Assembly: GCF_036365525.1 (NCBI RefSeq)
Contig: NC_090382.1
Span: 101,986,595-102,050,594 of the forward strand
Source: Heterodontus francisci
Taxonomy: Eukaryota
DNA: 64,000 bases
Reading direction: 5' to 3'
Shown here: positions 51,561 through 64,000 of the stretch, piece after piece
Layout: every line of letters begins with the position of its first letter
Position numbering within the stretch: position 1 is the first letter of the stretch
Translations under genes and position numbers: made by a program
Notes under the pieces: model-generated
Told to the model about the DNA's origin: nothing
The model's database searches: none
The model's input: only the letters and a program-made list of their open reading frames with translations

Positions 51561-54500
51561 GATTATTGTAAGGGGAAATGAATATAAAAGTAGGAAGGTT
51601 ATGCTTCAAGTATACAGGGCATTGGTGAGACCACATCTGGAGTACTGTAAACAGTATTGGTCTCTTTATTTAAGCAAGGATGTAAATGTATTGGAAGCAG
51701 TTGAGAGAAGGTTTACTGGACTCATACCTGGAATGGGGGATTGTCTTATAAGGAAAGGTTGGACAGACTAGGCTTGTATCCACTGGAGTTTAGAAGAGTA
51801 AGAGGCAACTTGATTGAAACATGTAAGATCCTGAGAGGCCTTGACAGGATGGATGTGGAAAGGATGTTTCCTCTTGTGAGAGAATCTAGAACTAGGGGTC
51901 ACAGTTGAAAATGAACCATTTAAGACAGAGATGAGGAGAATTTATTTCTCTCAGAGGGTCATGAGTCTTTGGAGCTCTCTTCCCCAAAAGGCCGTGGAAG
52001 CAAAGTTTTGAATATTTTTAAAGCAGAGGTAGATAGATTCTTGATAATCGAGAGGGTGAAACGTTATTGGGAGTAAGCAGGAATGTGGAGTTGAGGTTAC
52101 AATCAGATCAGCCATGATCTTATTGAATGGCGGAGCAGGCTTAAGGGGCCGAGTGACCTACTCCTGCTCCCAATTTGTCTGTTCATATGCTCGTATGTAA
52201 GGTATAATGTGGAAACATCATAACTGGATTATTCTCATCCTGAATTTATCAAGAGACACTTTTGAATTGAATGGTTTCTTCTGAAACAAAGACAATGTGA
52301 AGAAACCACATCTTAGGTCAGTGTTGGTCACCACAGGGAGGGAGATCCACATCTCCCAGCAGAGACAAACCATTTGTGGTCTTAAAGGTAGCATCCTGAA
52401 GAGAAAGAGAGAGAGAGAGACACCCAGAAAGAAGCATCACCAATAAGCTTGTTTCCAGCTAAGGGACTGGGAGAAATCCAGCAAGTCAGAAGGGAAGTGA
52501 CCTGCTGTAAAATTCTATCTCTTTACTGATGCAACAGTGAATGAGAAGTGATCCACTATCTTCAACTGAGCTTTTCAACCAATAGAGAAACCTACAAACA
52601 CCTCAGGCCTGCAACCAATGAGATTTTGACTTCTGAGAGAATTCAACAGGATTACTATGATATCGAAAACTATCCCACTTGAAACCACTTACCCCTTTTC
52701 CTCCCTATCATTCTCTCCTTGTGTGTGTGTGTGCGCGAGTGAATGCATGAGTGGATGTGGTTGTGACAATTTCAGGATAAGGCATATTTTTCAATAAATA
52801 ATTAATCTTCTGTTTTAAACCTACAAAAACACCTGTTGCTGCCTATTTATTTGACAAAGAAAACACAAAGGGATTAAACACTAATAACAAAAAAACACTT
52901 GCTGCTTTCAGGTGGGAGTTGAACAGTGGGAACCACTCACACCCCTCACCATGTGACCGTAACAGTACACAGACTGTAGTGCAGTAGTGGTTGATGTGGT
53001 ATTGTGGTTATATATGTATACATACACATAAACAATATCGATCCTAAATCATTTTGGGATAATTTAACAATGTAACAGAAGGGTATTCCAGAGCTTGGGG
53101 ACAAGGCAATGGAAGGCACAGCCACCAATGGTGGAATGATTAAAATCAGGGATGCTTGAGGCCAGAATTAGCGGAGTGCAGATATCTTGGAGGGTTTTGG
53201 GGCTGGAGGAGATTACAGAGATAGTGAGGACAGGGCCATGGAGGCATTTGAAAATAAGGAAGAGAATTTTAAAATCACAATGTTGGTTGATTAGGAGCCA
53301 ATGTAGGTCAGTGAGCACAGGGGTGATAGGGGAATGGGACTTGGTACGAGTTGAGACATGGTGTTACAGAGGGACAAATAGGTGGTCTCAATGATGGCAC
53401 AAATATGAGGTCAGAGGCTCATCCTAGGGTCAAATGTGACACCAAGGTTGTCAAAAGACTGGTTTAATCACAAATAGTTGCCTGGGAGAGAGATGGAGTC
53501 AGTTGCTAGAGAACAGAGTATGGAGCAGGGACCAAAAACAATGGCTTCAGTGTTCCCAATATTTAATTGGAGGAAATTTCTGCTCATTCAGTACTGGATG
53601 TCAGATAAGCAACAGTGAAGGAGTCGAGAGATGTTAGGTACAGTGGTTAGGTACAGCATACATATAAAATCTGACAATGTGCTTTCAAATAATGTCACCG
53701 AGCAGCTGCATGCAGATCAGAATTAGGAGGGAGCCAAGGATAGATCCTTGGGGGACACCAGAGGTAATGACATTGGAGTAGGAAGAGAAGCCATTGCAAG
53801 TAATTCTCTGGCTATGATTAATTAGATAAGAATGGAACCAGTGAGACCAGTCCCACCCAGCTGTCGGAGAGTGGACAGGTCTTGGAGGAGGATGGTGTGG
53901 TCAACCATGTCAAAGGCTGCAGCCAGTCGAGAAGGATGAGGAGGGAAAGTTTACCTTTGTAAGAGTCACATAGGATGTCATTTGTGGCTTTGATAAGGGC
54001 TGTTTTGGTCCTGAGGCAGGGGCACAAACCTCATTTGAGGAATTCAAAGATGGAGGTCCTGGAAAGATGGCAATGGATTCGGGAGGCGACAACACAGTCA
54101 AAGACTTTGGAGAGGAAAAGGAGGTTGGAAATGGGACAGCTTGAAAGGGCATTGGTGTTAAGTGTTAGTTTTGTGAGGAGAGGGGTGATGATGGCAGATT
54201 TAAAGGAGAGAGGGACAACACCTGAAGAGAAAGAAACATTTATAGTATCGATGATTTTTAAATGTGAAATTACAAATCACACATATCATACCAACTCTGG
54301 AACACAAAATACATTTTTTTTTCAGATCTTTAAAGTTTTGCACAAAATCATCATGAATTTCTTTAACTGGTCCTGACTTTGGTCACATGACTAACCGATT
54401 GCAGTAAATGGTTATCTTTGTGTCACAGTTTTAGATGAACCACATCTACATCCTTCCACCATCCGCCCAATGCCAAAATGTGGTTCACCTCAAACTGTGA

Positions 54501-55875
54501 CCGTAGATAAACATCTACTGCTTTGGGTTACTAACAAGACCAAAGTCAAAAGCAGTTAGGCAAACCCATGAAAATGCCATTATTTTCCAACACTTTCACT
54601 ACTGATTTTTCTGCAAGAAATTTTTAACTAAATTAAGCATCACTTATTAGTGAAACAACTGAATTGCCAACAGAATTTTGAAGGACAATGAAAACCTCAA
54701 ACAGAACCAAAGCATCACTTGGGAAACCAGAAAAACCAAATTGAGTTCAAGATGAATCATTTTATTTTGACCAGGCAACCAGCAAGAAATCTTAAAATAT
54801 GTAAAACAGCAGATGGCAGTCATTGAATTGTAAAAATCCTCCTTTTGGAGTTTTATGAAAAAGATGAAAACTTGTTTTGTCTAAAGAGGAACAGGGTGCA
54901 ACAGAAAAACTGATTTGAAAGAGTAAAAGATCAGAAAGTACATCTTTCAGCAATGTGTTCAGTGACTCAAACCACATTTAAACAAATCCTTTAAAAAGAT
55001 TATGATTGCAGTAAGATTGCCCACCTTGTTGGAAGAGACTGGTGAAGAAGTCCAGAGACAAATCAGCAAAGCTCCCAGCACAGAGAAACACAACAAACTG
55101 AAGTTCTCAGTCATTAAGTCGCACAAAGTAATTGACGTCGTCTCTTGTGAAAGTAACACAGGTGAGCTTCCTCTTCCTATTCAGCTCAGGGTTCAGACAT
55201 CATTAACGTTGTGCACGTTCGACCTGAGACAGAAAATGGCTCAAAATAGAAACCACAGGGTAGCTCAAAATGGCAACTTAACAGGAACAAAAAAACATGT
55301 TGTGTTGGGCAAAAGGATCAGTTTTGGGATCTGTTAATTGACATTTCCTGGAGCACCTCAAATGCCAGAGCCTGGAGTTAATCAGAGAATCTATTGTTTT
55401 ATCCTAAAAGGATTGTTAAACCATGAAGTACCAGGGTCAATATACTGGAGTTCCAGCTCCACTGCAGAATTGAGACAGAGTGGGACTCCTTGCTGCCTCT
55501 GACCATGAACACTGACACAATCCCAAATCCCAGGGATGGGTTCATTAGCATGTTTCGGTGATTGTATCACAGCCGTAAGGTTAATCAGTGATGCCCCTGA
55601 TCCACTCCAGGACAAAGGATCGGGAGACGACCACTCCAGATAACAGAAGATGAGAGAGAGCAAACCAGGAACAATATAACCGGATTCTGAAGTACTTATA
55701 TCTTACAGCTAAAAATTTATGAAACACTGAGTGGAATCCTTTCTACACCACTGAGCACAGCTTTGCAAAAGATTTTATTGCCTTTGTAAGATTCCAAAGA
55801 TGAGCAACAAAAATAATTCTGCAGATTCAGGGTGTGAATTTGGTTTTCCCCGCGCTGCTGGAGATGGCGCTGTCA

Positions 55876-58800
55876 GAACATAGGAGCAGGAGTAGGCCAT
55901 TCAGCCCATCGAACCGGCTCTGCCATTCAATACGATCATGGCTGATCATCCACTTCAATGCCTTTTTCCCACACTATACCCATACCCCTTTATGTCATTG
56001 GTATTTAGAAATTGATCAATCTCTGTTTTAAACATACTCAATGACTGAGCTTCCACAGCCCTCTGGGGTAGAGAATTCCAAAGATTCACAACCCTCTGTG
56101 TAAAAAATTTCTCCTCATCTCTGTCCTCAGTGGCTTCCCCCTTATTTTGAAATTGTGCCCCCGGTTCTAAAATCCCCAACCAGAGGAAGCATCTTACCTG
56201 CATCTACCCTGTCTGATCCTTTAAGTATTTTGTAGGTTTCAATGAGATCACCTCTCATTCCTCGAAACTCTAGAGAATACAGGCTCAGTTTCCCCAATCT
56301 CTCTTCATAGGACAGTCCCGACATGTCGGGAACAAGTCTGATGAACCTTTGTTGCACTCCCTCTTCGGCAATAATATCCTTGCTAAGGTATGGAGACCAA
56401 AACTGCAAATAGTTCTCCAGGTGCAGTCTAACCAAGGATCTATACAATTGAAGCAAGATTTCACTACACCTGTACTCAAATCCTCTTGCGACAAAGGCTA
56501 ACATACCATTAGCCTTCCTAATTTCTTGCTGCACCTGCATGTTAGCTTTCAGTGACTTATTGACAAGGGCATCCAGGTCCCTCTGTACATCTATACTTTC
56601 TAATCTCTTACTATTTAAGAAATACGCTGCACAACTATTCCTCCTACCATAGTGGATAACCTCACATTTTTCCACATAATATTCCATCTGCCATGTTCTT
56701 GCCCACTGTTCAAATCCCCTTGAAGCCACTTTGCATCTTTCTCACAACACACATTCCCACTTAGTTTTGTGTCATCTGCAAACTTGGAAATATTACATTT
56801 GGTCCCCACATCCAAATCATTTGTATATATTGTGAACAGCTAGGGCCAAGTACTGACCCTTGCAGTACCCAACTAGTCACAGCTTGCCAATGCTAGAATG
56901 ACCCATTTATTCCTACTCTCTGTTTTCTGCCTGTTAACCAATCCTCAATCCATGCCAGTATATTACCTCCTATCCCATGTGCTTTAATTTTGCTAACTAA
57001 CCTCCTGTGGGGGACTTTATCAAAAGCCTTCAGAAAATCCAAGGATACTATGCCACTGACTCCCCTTATTCTATTAGTAGCATCCTCAAAAATCTCCAAC
57101 AGGTTCGTCAAACATGATTCATAAATCCATGTTGATGATGCCAATCAGATCATTATTATCCAAGTGTCCATTTATCACATCCTTTTGTCATAAGAGTTTT
57201 GCTGCTATAAAAACTGGGAGGTCTATGTGCCTTTAAGACCTATTTTTATTTTCTGAATGTTGTCATTTGGTATTTGGAGTGCAAGCTGTAAACTTGTATC
57301 CAAACAACTAGAAACGTTTATGACTATCGTGTGACTTCTGTTAAAAAATACCTGTTAGTTTCAGTTCTGCAGTGAAACAGAACAGAGAGAGAGCTGTGAT
57401 AAACAAAAACAAGAAATGCTGGAAATACCCAGCAGGTCTGGCAGCATCTGTGGAGAGAGAAGTAGAGCTAATGTTTCAGGTCAATGACCCTTCTTCAGAA
57501 CTGTTCTGAGAGGAAGAGACCCATAGAAAAGAGGAATTGCTACACTCTGTCGAGAACACTGCTTTGGAGAAAGGGAGTCTGTATTTATACCAACATAAGA
57601 ATTAGGAGCAGGAGTGTTTCGGGTGTGGCAAGTTGCAGTTGCCTCCAGTCAAGAGTCCCTGCCTGAAGAATAAGTTCTGTGGAGAAGGCTTCTTTACTGA
57701 GAGTAAGACCTGTTGATTTTGTGTTGTTGGAAGTTTCTGAACTCTCAAAAATGTTTCTACTGTTTGAATGCTACTTTAAAATTTAAATAGACCTGTTGCT
57801 ACAACCTGTTTCTGAAAAAGATCTGTGTGTACTTGCTGCAGACGAATTGCCTTGACCACCCACCCATCACAGACTTTTTATGAAATTTGCCTGGAGAGAC
57901 TTCAAGTAGCATCTGACTATTCGACTCTGGGACACCGCACTAAACCAGAAATAACCCACCAGAAGTTACAACCCAGTTATTTTATTATCCTAAAGAAAAT
58001 GTTATAAAGTCAAATTCTTTTCCCTGGTTAACCGTTGGTAATTGAACGTATGTGTATGCATGAGAGTTAGGAAGATTAGGAGTTATGAAATCTTTTCAAA
58101 CATATAGATTCATCTCATTATCATTTAAAACTTGGTTTATTAATAAATAGTTAATGTTATTGTTGTTTAAAGAAACCTGCTTCAGCGTGCTTTATTCTGG
58201 GAATAAATAAAGTGTTCAATTTGGCTATTTTTCCAGTAGGAGGGAAACTTTACTGATATGCTGTGACCTGTGCAATAGAAGCAGTAAATTAACAGTGCAT
58301 TACTCCTGCCTAGAAGAGTGTCTGCAGAGACTCATCGACAGGTTTGCGGCTGCCTGCAATGAATTTGGCCTAACCATCAGCCTCAAGAAAACGAACATCA
58401 TGGGACAGGACATCAGAAATGCCCCATCTATCAATATCGGCGACCACACTCTGGATGTGGTTCAAGTGTTCACCTACCTAGGCTCATCTATCACCAGTAA
58501 CCTGTCTCCGATGCAGAATTAAACAAGCGCATGGTAAAGGCTTCCTCTGCTATGTCCAGACTGGCCAATAAAGTGTGGGAAAATGGCGCACTGACACAGA
58601 ACACAAAAGTCCAAGTGTATCAAGCCTGTGTCCTCAGTACTTTGCTCTACGGCAGCGAGGCCTGGACAACGTATGTCAGCCAAGAGCGACGTCTCAATTC
58701 ATTCCATCTTCGCTGCCTCCGGAGAATACTTGGCATCAGGTGGCAGGACCGTATCTCCAACACAGAAGTCCTCGAGGCGGCCAACATCCCCAGCATATAC

Positions 58801-61800
58801 ACCTTACTAAACCAGCGGCGCCTGAGATGGCTTGGCCATGTGAGCCGCATGGAAGATGGCAGGATCCCCAAGTACACATTGTAGAGCGAGCTCGTCACTG
58901 GTACCAGACCCACCGGCCGTCCATGGCTCTACTTTAAAGACGTCTGCAAATGCGACATGACGTCCTGTGACATTGACCACAAGTCGTGGGAGTCGGTTGC
59001 CAGCGATCGCCAGAGCTGGCGGGCAACCATAATGGTGGGGCTAAAGTGTGGCGAGTCGAAGAGACTTAGCAGTTGGCAGGAAAAAAGACAGAAGCGCCAG
59101 GAGAGAGCCAACTGTGTAACAGCCCCGACAACCAATTTTATCTGCAGCACCTGTGGACGAGTCTGTCACTCTAGAATTGGCCTTTATAGCCACTCCAGGC
59201 GCTGCTGCACAAACCACTGACTACCTCCAGGCGCTTACCCATTGTCTCTCGAGACAAGGAGGCCAAAGAAGAAGAAGAAGAAGACTCCTGCCTAGATTCC
59301 AACATTTTCCCTAGTACTAATGTAGGGCTACCAGGTCTGTAATTCCCTGCTTTCTCTCTCCCTCCCTTCTTAAACAGTGGGGTGACATTTGCTACCTTCC
59401 AATCTGCAGGTATCATTCCAGAATCTATAGAATTTTGGAAGATGATCACCAATGCATCCATCAGCTCCATAGCTACCTCTTTCAACAATCTGGGATGTAG
59501 AATATCAGGTCCTGAGGACTTATCAACCTTCAGCCACATTAATTTATCCAACACAACCTTCTTACTAATACTAATTTCCTTCAATTCCTCATTCTCCCTA
59601 ATGCCTTGAATCTCCAATTCTGGGAGATTTCATGTATCTTCCTCAGACATAAAGTAATCATTTAGTTTCTCAGCCATTTCCCTATCCTCCATTATAAATA
59701 CGGACTCTGCCTGTAATAGACCCACATTTGTCTTAGCTAAACATTTCCTTTTAACGTACTTATAGAAGATTTTACAGTCCATTTTTATGTTTTTTGCTAG
59801 TTTACATTCATATTCTATTATCCCTTTCTTTATCAGTTTCTTGCTTCTCCTTCGCTGTATTCGAAAAACCTCTTAATCCTCAGGTTTACTACTATTTCTG
59901 GCAACTTTATAGGCCTTTTCTTTTAATATTATACAATCCTTAACTTCCTTTGTTAGTTACAGTTGACTGCCTTTTCTTTTGGGGTTTTTATGCCTTGAAG
60001 GAATGTATAGTTGCTGTAAACTATGTAATATTTCTTTAAAGACTATCTATTGCCTATGGACTCACAGAATCACAGAATAATACAGTGCAGAAGAGGCCCT
60101 TCGGCCCATCGAGTCTGCACCGATGCATTAAAGACACCTGACCTGTCTACCTAATCCCATTTACCAGCGTTTGGCCCATAGCCTTGAATGTTATGACATG
60201 CCAAGTGCTCATCCAGGTACTTTTTAAAGGAAGTGAGGCAACCCGCCTCTACCACCCTCCCAGGAAGTGCATTCCACCCTCTGGGTAAAAAAATTCTTCC
60301 TCAAATCCCCCTTAAACCTCCTGCCCCTCACCTTAAACTTGTGTCCCCTCGTAACTGACCCTTCAACTAAGGGGAACAGCTGCTCCCTATCCACCCTGTC
60401 CATTCCCCTCATAATCTTGTACACCTCGATCAGGTCACCCCTCAGTCTTCTCTGCTCCAGCAAAAACAACCCAAGCCTATCCAACGTCACTTCATAGCTT
60501 AAATGTTCCATCCCAGACAACATCCTGGTGAATCGCCTCTGCACCCCCTCCAGTGCAATCACATCCTTCCTATAATGTGGCGACCAGAATTGCACAAAGT
60601 ATTCCAGCTGTGGCCTTACCAAAGTTCTATACAACTCCAACATGACCTCCCTGCTTTTGTAATCTATGCCTCGATTGATAAAGGCAATTGTCCCATATGC
60701 CTTTTTCACCACCCTATTAACCTGCCCTTCTGCCTTCAGAGATCGATGGATGAACACGCCAAGGTCCCTTTGTTCCTCAGAACTTCCCAGTGTCAGGCCA
60801 TTCATTGAATACTTCCATGTCACATTACTCCTTCCAAAGTGTATCACCTCACACTTTTCAGGGTTAAATTCCATCTGCCACATTTCTGCCCATTTGACCA
60901 TCCCGTTTATATTTTTCTGTAACCCAAGACACTCAACCTCACTGTTAACCACTTGGCCAATCTTTGTGTCATCCGCAAACTTACTGATCCTACCCCCCAC
61001 ATAGTCATCTATGTCGTTTACATAAATGACAAAAATAGGGGACCCAGCACAGATCCCTGTGGTACTGGACACTGGCTTCAAGTCACTAAAACAGCCATCT
61101 GTCATCACTCTCTACCTCCTACAGCTAAGCCAATTTTGAATCCACCTTATCAAGTTTCCCTGTATCCCATGTGCATTTGCTTTCCTGATAAGTCTCCCAT
61201 GTGGGACCTTGTCAAAGGCTTTGCTGAAATCCATGTAAACTACATTAACTGCACTACACTCATCTACACACCTGGTCACATGCTCAAAAAATTCAATCAA
61301 ATTTGTTCGGCATGACCTCCCTCTGACAAAGCCATGCTGACTATTCCTAATCAAATTCTGCCTCTCCAAGTGGAGATAGATTTTCTCCTTCAGAATTTTC
61401 TCCAATAGTTTCCCTACCACTGACGTAAGATTCACTGGTCTGTCGTTCCATGGCTTATCTCGACAACCTTTCTTAAATAGTGGGACCACATTCGCTGTTC
61501 TCCAGTCCTCTGGCACCTCCCCCGTGGCCAGAGAGAAATTAAAAATTTGGGTCAGAGCCCCTGCAATCTCCACCCTCACCTCCCACGGCATCCTGGCATA
61601 CAAATCGTCCGGACCTGGAGATTTGTCCACTTTTAAGCCTGCCAAAACCTCCAATACCTTGTCGCTCCCTATGGCAATTTGCTCAAGAACCTCAAAGTCA
61701 CTCTCTCTGGGTTCCATATCTACATCCTCATTCTCTTGGGTGAAGACAGATGTGAAGTATTCGTTCAAGACCCTACCAATGTCCTCTGGCTCCCCCCACA

Positions 61801-62690
61801 GATTTCCCCCTTGGTCCCTAATGGATCCTACTCTTTCCCTGGTTATCCTCTTCCCATTGATATACTTATAGAATATCTTGGGATTTTCCCTACTTTTACC
61901 AGCCAGAACTTTCTCATATGCCCTCTTTGCTCTCCTAATTGCTTTCTTAAGCTCCATCCTACACTTTCTGTACTCCACTAATGCTTCCCTTGATTTGCTC
62001 TCCTTGTATTTGCTAAAAGCCTCTCTTTTCCTTCTGTTATACCTTTTAATGTATTTTCCCAATCCACCTCAGCCAATTTGCCCGTCATACCTTCAGAATT
62101 TCCTTTGTTCAAATTTAACACCCTGGCTTCAGATTGAACTACTTCACTTTGTATAGTTCTGTCACCGCACTATGGGAAGGATGTGATTGCACAGGAGAAG
62201 GTGCAGAGGAGATTCACCAGGATGTTGCCTGGGCTGGAGCATTTCAGCTACGTAGAGAGACTGGATAGACTAGGGTTGTTTTCCTTAGAGCAGAGAAAGC
62301 TGAGGGGGGGCCTGATTGAGGTGTACAAAATTATGAGGGGCATAGATAGGATACTTAGGAAGAAACATTTTCTCTTAGCGGAGGGGTCAATAACCAGGGG
62401 GCATGGATTTAAGGTCAGGGGCAGGAGGTTTAGAGGGGATTTGAGGAAACATTTTTTCACCCAGAGGGTGATTGGAATCTGGAACACACTGCCTGAAGAG
62501 GTGGTAGAGGTAGGAACCCTCACAACATTTAAGAAGTATTTAGATGAGCACTTGAAATGCCATAGCATACAGGGCTATGGGTCAAGTGCTGAAAGATGGG
62601 ATTAGAATAGATAGGTGCTTGATGGCCGACACAGACACGATGGGCCGAAGGACCTGTTTCTGTGCTGTATAACTCTATAACTCTATGACT
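55876..62690. mobile_element. Copy-B-specific nested TE cluster: CR1 (55876-57185 and 59286-60060, -), LTR (57186-58310), RTE (58311-59285, +), CR1 (60062-62070, -), CR1 3' piece (62150-62690, +)
   Basis: RT ORF fragments in the track; flanks match copy A at ~25095 and ~25250. Confidence 0.85.
58311..59285 (+). mobile_element. 5'-truncated RTE-clade LINE
   Basis: VLSTLLYGSEAW, FHLRCLRRILGIRWQD and RLRWLGHV motifs, C-terminal C2H2-like CSTCGRVCHSRIGLYSH, and a (GAA)n tail. Confidence 0.85.
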
Positions 62691-63860
62691 GAGTGAAATG
62701 ACGACCATCTACCAAATTTGGACCAGGCAGGTGCATTGGATGAATTTGCGCATTACTCCATAAATATCAAGTGTTTAGCTGCAAGATAGGCCTTGCACCA
62801 TGGCAATTGAAAGAACCATTCAACAAGCTGCAGTGAGGTGCTTTTAATTTACTTTTGCTTAACCTGAGTTTGTGGAAGCACTGTGCTGTGTTGTTGTAGT
62901 TCACAGAATTTTTACAGCGCAGAAGGCGGCATTTGGCCCATTGCATCTACACTGGATTTCTGAATGAGCAATTCACTTAGTGCCATTCTCCGAGTAACCC
63001 TGAACATTCTTTCTTTCATATAACAGTCAAATTCCCTTTTGAATGCTTTAATTGAACCTACCTCCACCACAATCTCAGGCAGTGTATTCCAGACCTTAAC
63101 CTGTCATTGCTTTAAAACGTTTTTCCTCATGTCACTTTTGCTTCTTTTACCAATTACTTTAAATCTGTGCCTTCTCGTTCACAATCCTTTCATAAGTGGG
63201 AACAGCTTTTCCCTCGCTAACCTGTCCAGACCCCTCATAATTTTCAATACCTCTATCAAATCACATCTCAGCCTTCTTTTCTCCAAGGAAAAAAGTCCTA
63301 ACTTCTACAATCTATCTTCATAACTGAAGGTCCTCATCCCTGGAAACATTCTTGTGAATCTTTTCAGCACTCTCTCCAATGTCCTCACAACTTTCCTAAA
63401 GTGTGGCACCCAGAAATGGATGTAGTACTTCAGCTGAGGCAGAACTATTGCCTCATACAAGTTCAATGTAACTTCCTTTCTCTTGTACTCTCTGCCCCTA
63501 ATAATAAAGTCCAGGATACTATAAGCTTTATTAACTGCTTTCTCAATCTGCCCTTCCATATTCAATGATTTATGCACATATACACCCAGGTCCCTCAACT
63601 CCTGAGTTGGACCTTTTATTTTATATTGTCTCTCCATGTTCTTCCTATCAAAATGAATCACTTCACCTTTCTCTGCATTGAACTTCATCTGCCACCTGCC
63701 CAGCCTTCCATCCACCATCTTGTCTATACCCTTTTGATTGTTTTGTTTAATTTAAATTCCATCAAGTGTTCTAGTAGGATTTGAATCTGTGTCCCAAGGG
63801 CATTAGTGTGGGCCTCTGCATTGCTAGTTCAGTGATGTTACCACTATGCCACCATCTCCC

Positions 63861-63937
63861 TTTAGTGCGATCAGAGATAGAGCAGGTCAGGGTAACCGTG
63901 TCTCCCTCAGTCACTGCATCAGATGGTTCAGCTGTGA
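63861..63937 (-). pseudogene. Truncated C2-type Ig exon (VTAEPSDAVTEGDTVTLTCSISDRTK), cut off by a tRNA-head repeat
   Basis: Acceptor ttttcttgcttccacag|TC (phase 1) and a clear A-B strand motif EGDTVTLTC. The sequence then switches to a SINE/LINE head (63740-63860) with an in-frame stop. Confidence 0.8.
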
Positions 63938-64000
63938 CTGTGGAAGCAAGAAAATCATTTACATTTTAAACAATGACTTGACCATTGAAAACAATGGCAA

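Larger units (their letters stand above)
38360..63740 (+). repeat. Segmental duplication copy B
   Basis: Direct-orientation paralog of copy A, with copy-specific TE insertions and loss of the 481-3845 equivalent. Confidence 0.95.

Overview
Repeat-dense eukaryotic DNA, most likely from a shark or other cartilaginous fish (inferred from HE1-like tRNA SINEs sharing a 3' tail with HER1/CR1 LINEs, and Deu-domain SacSINE1/AmnSINE-like repeats). The window is largely a ~35-38 kb tandem segmental duplication (copy A ~1-26300; copy B ~38360-63740). It holds a minus-strand cluster of immunoglobulin-superfamily receptor genes. Copy A has a leader exon, a cysteine-less V-type Ig exon and a C2-type Ig exon, and continues off the left edge. 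Copy B keeps an identical leader exon but has lost those two Ig exons; downstream of it lie a transmembrane exon with a charged lysine and short cytoplasmic exons. A truncated Ig exon of a probable third paralog sits at the right edge. The rest is transposons: three near-full-length CR1 LINEs, Gypsy remnants and LTRs, L2, RTE, Harbinger-type pieces and SINEs. The most unusual element is a second LINE family with no ORF1. Its APE-RT reading frame sits directly behind a tRNA-like A/B-box head, and its sense strand has no internal TTTT in any copy read, which suggests a protein-coding retrotransposon transcribed by RNA polymerase III. All calls were made by eye, without database searches.
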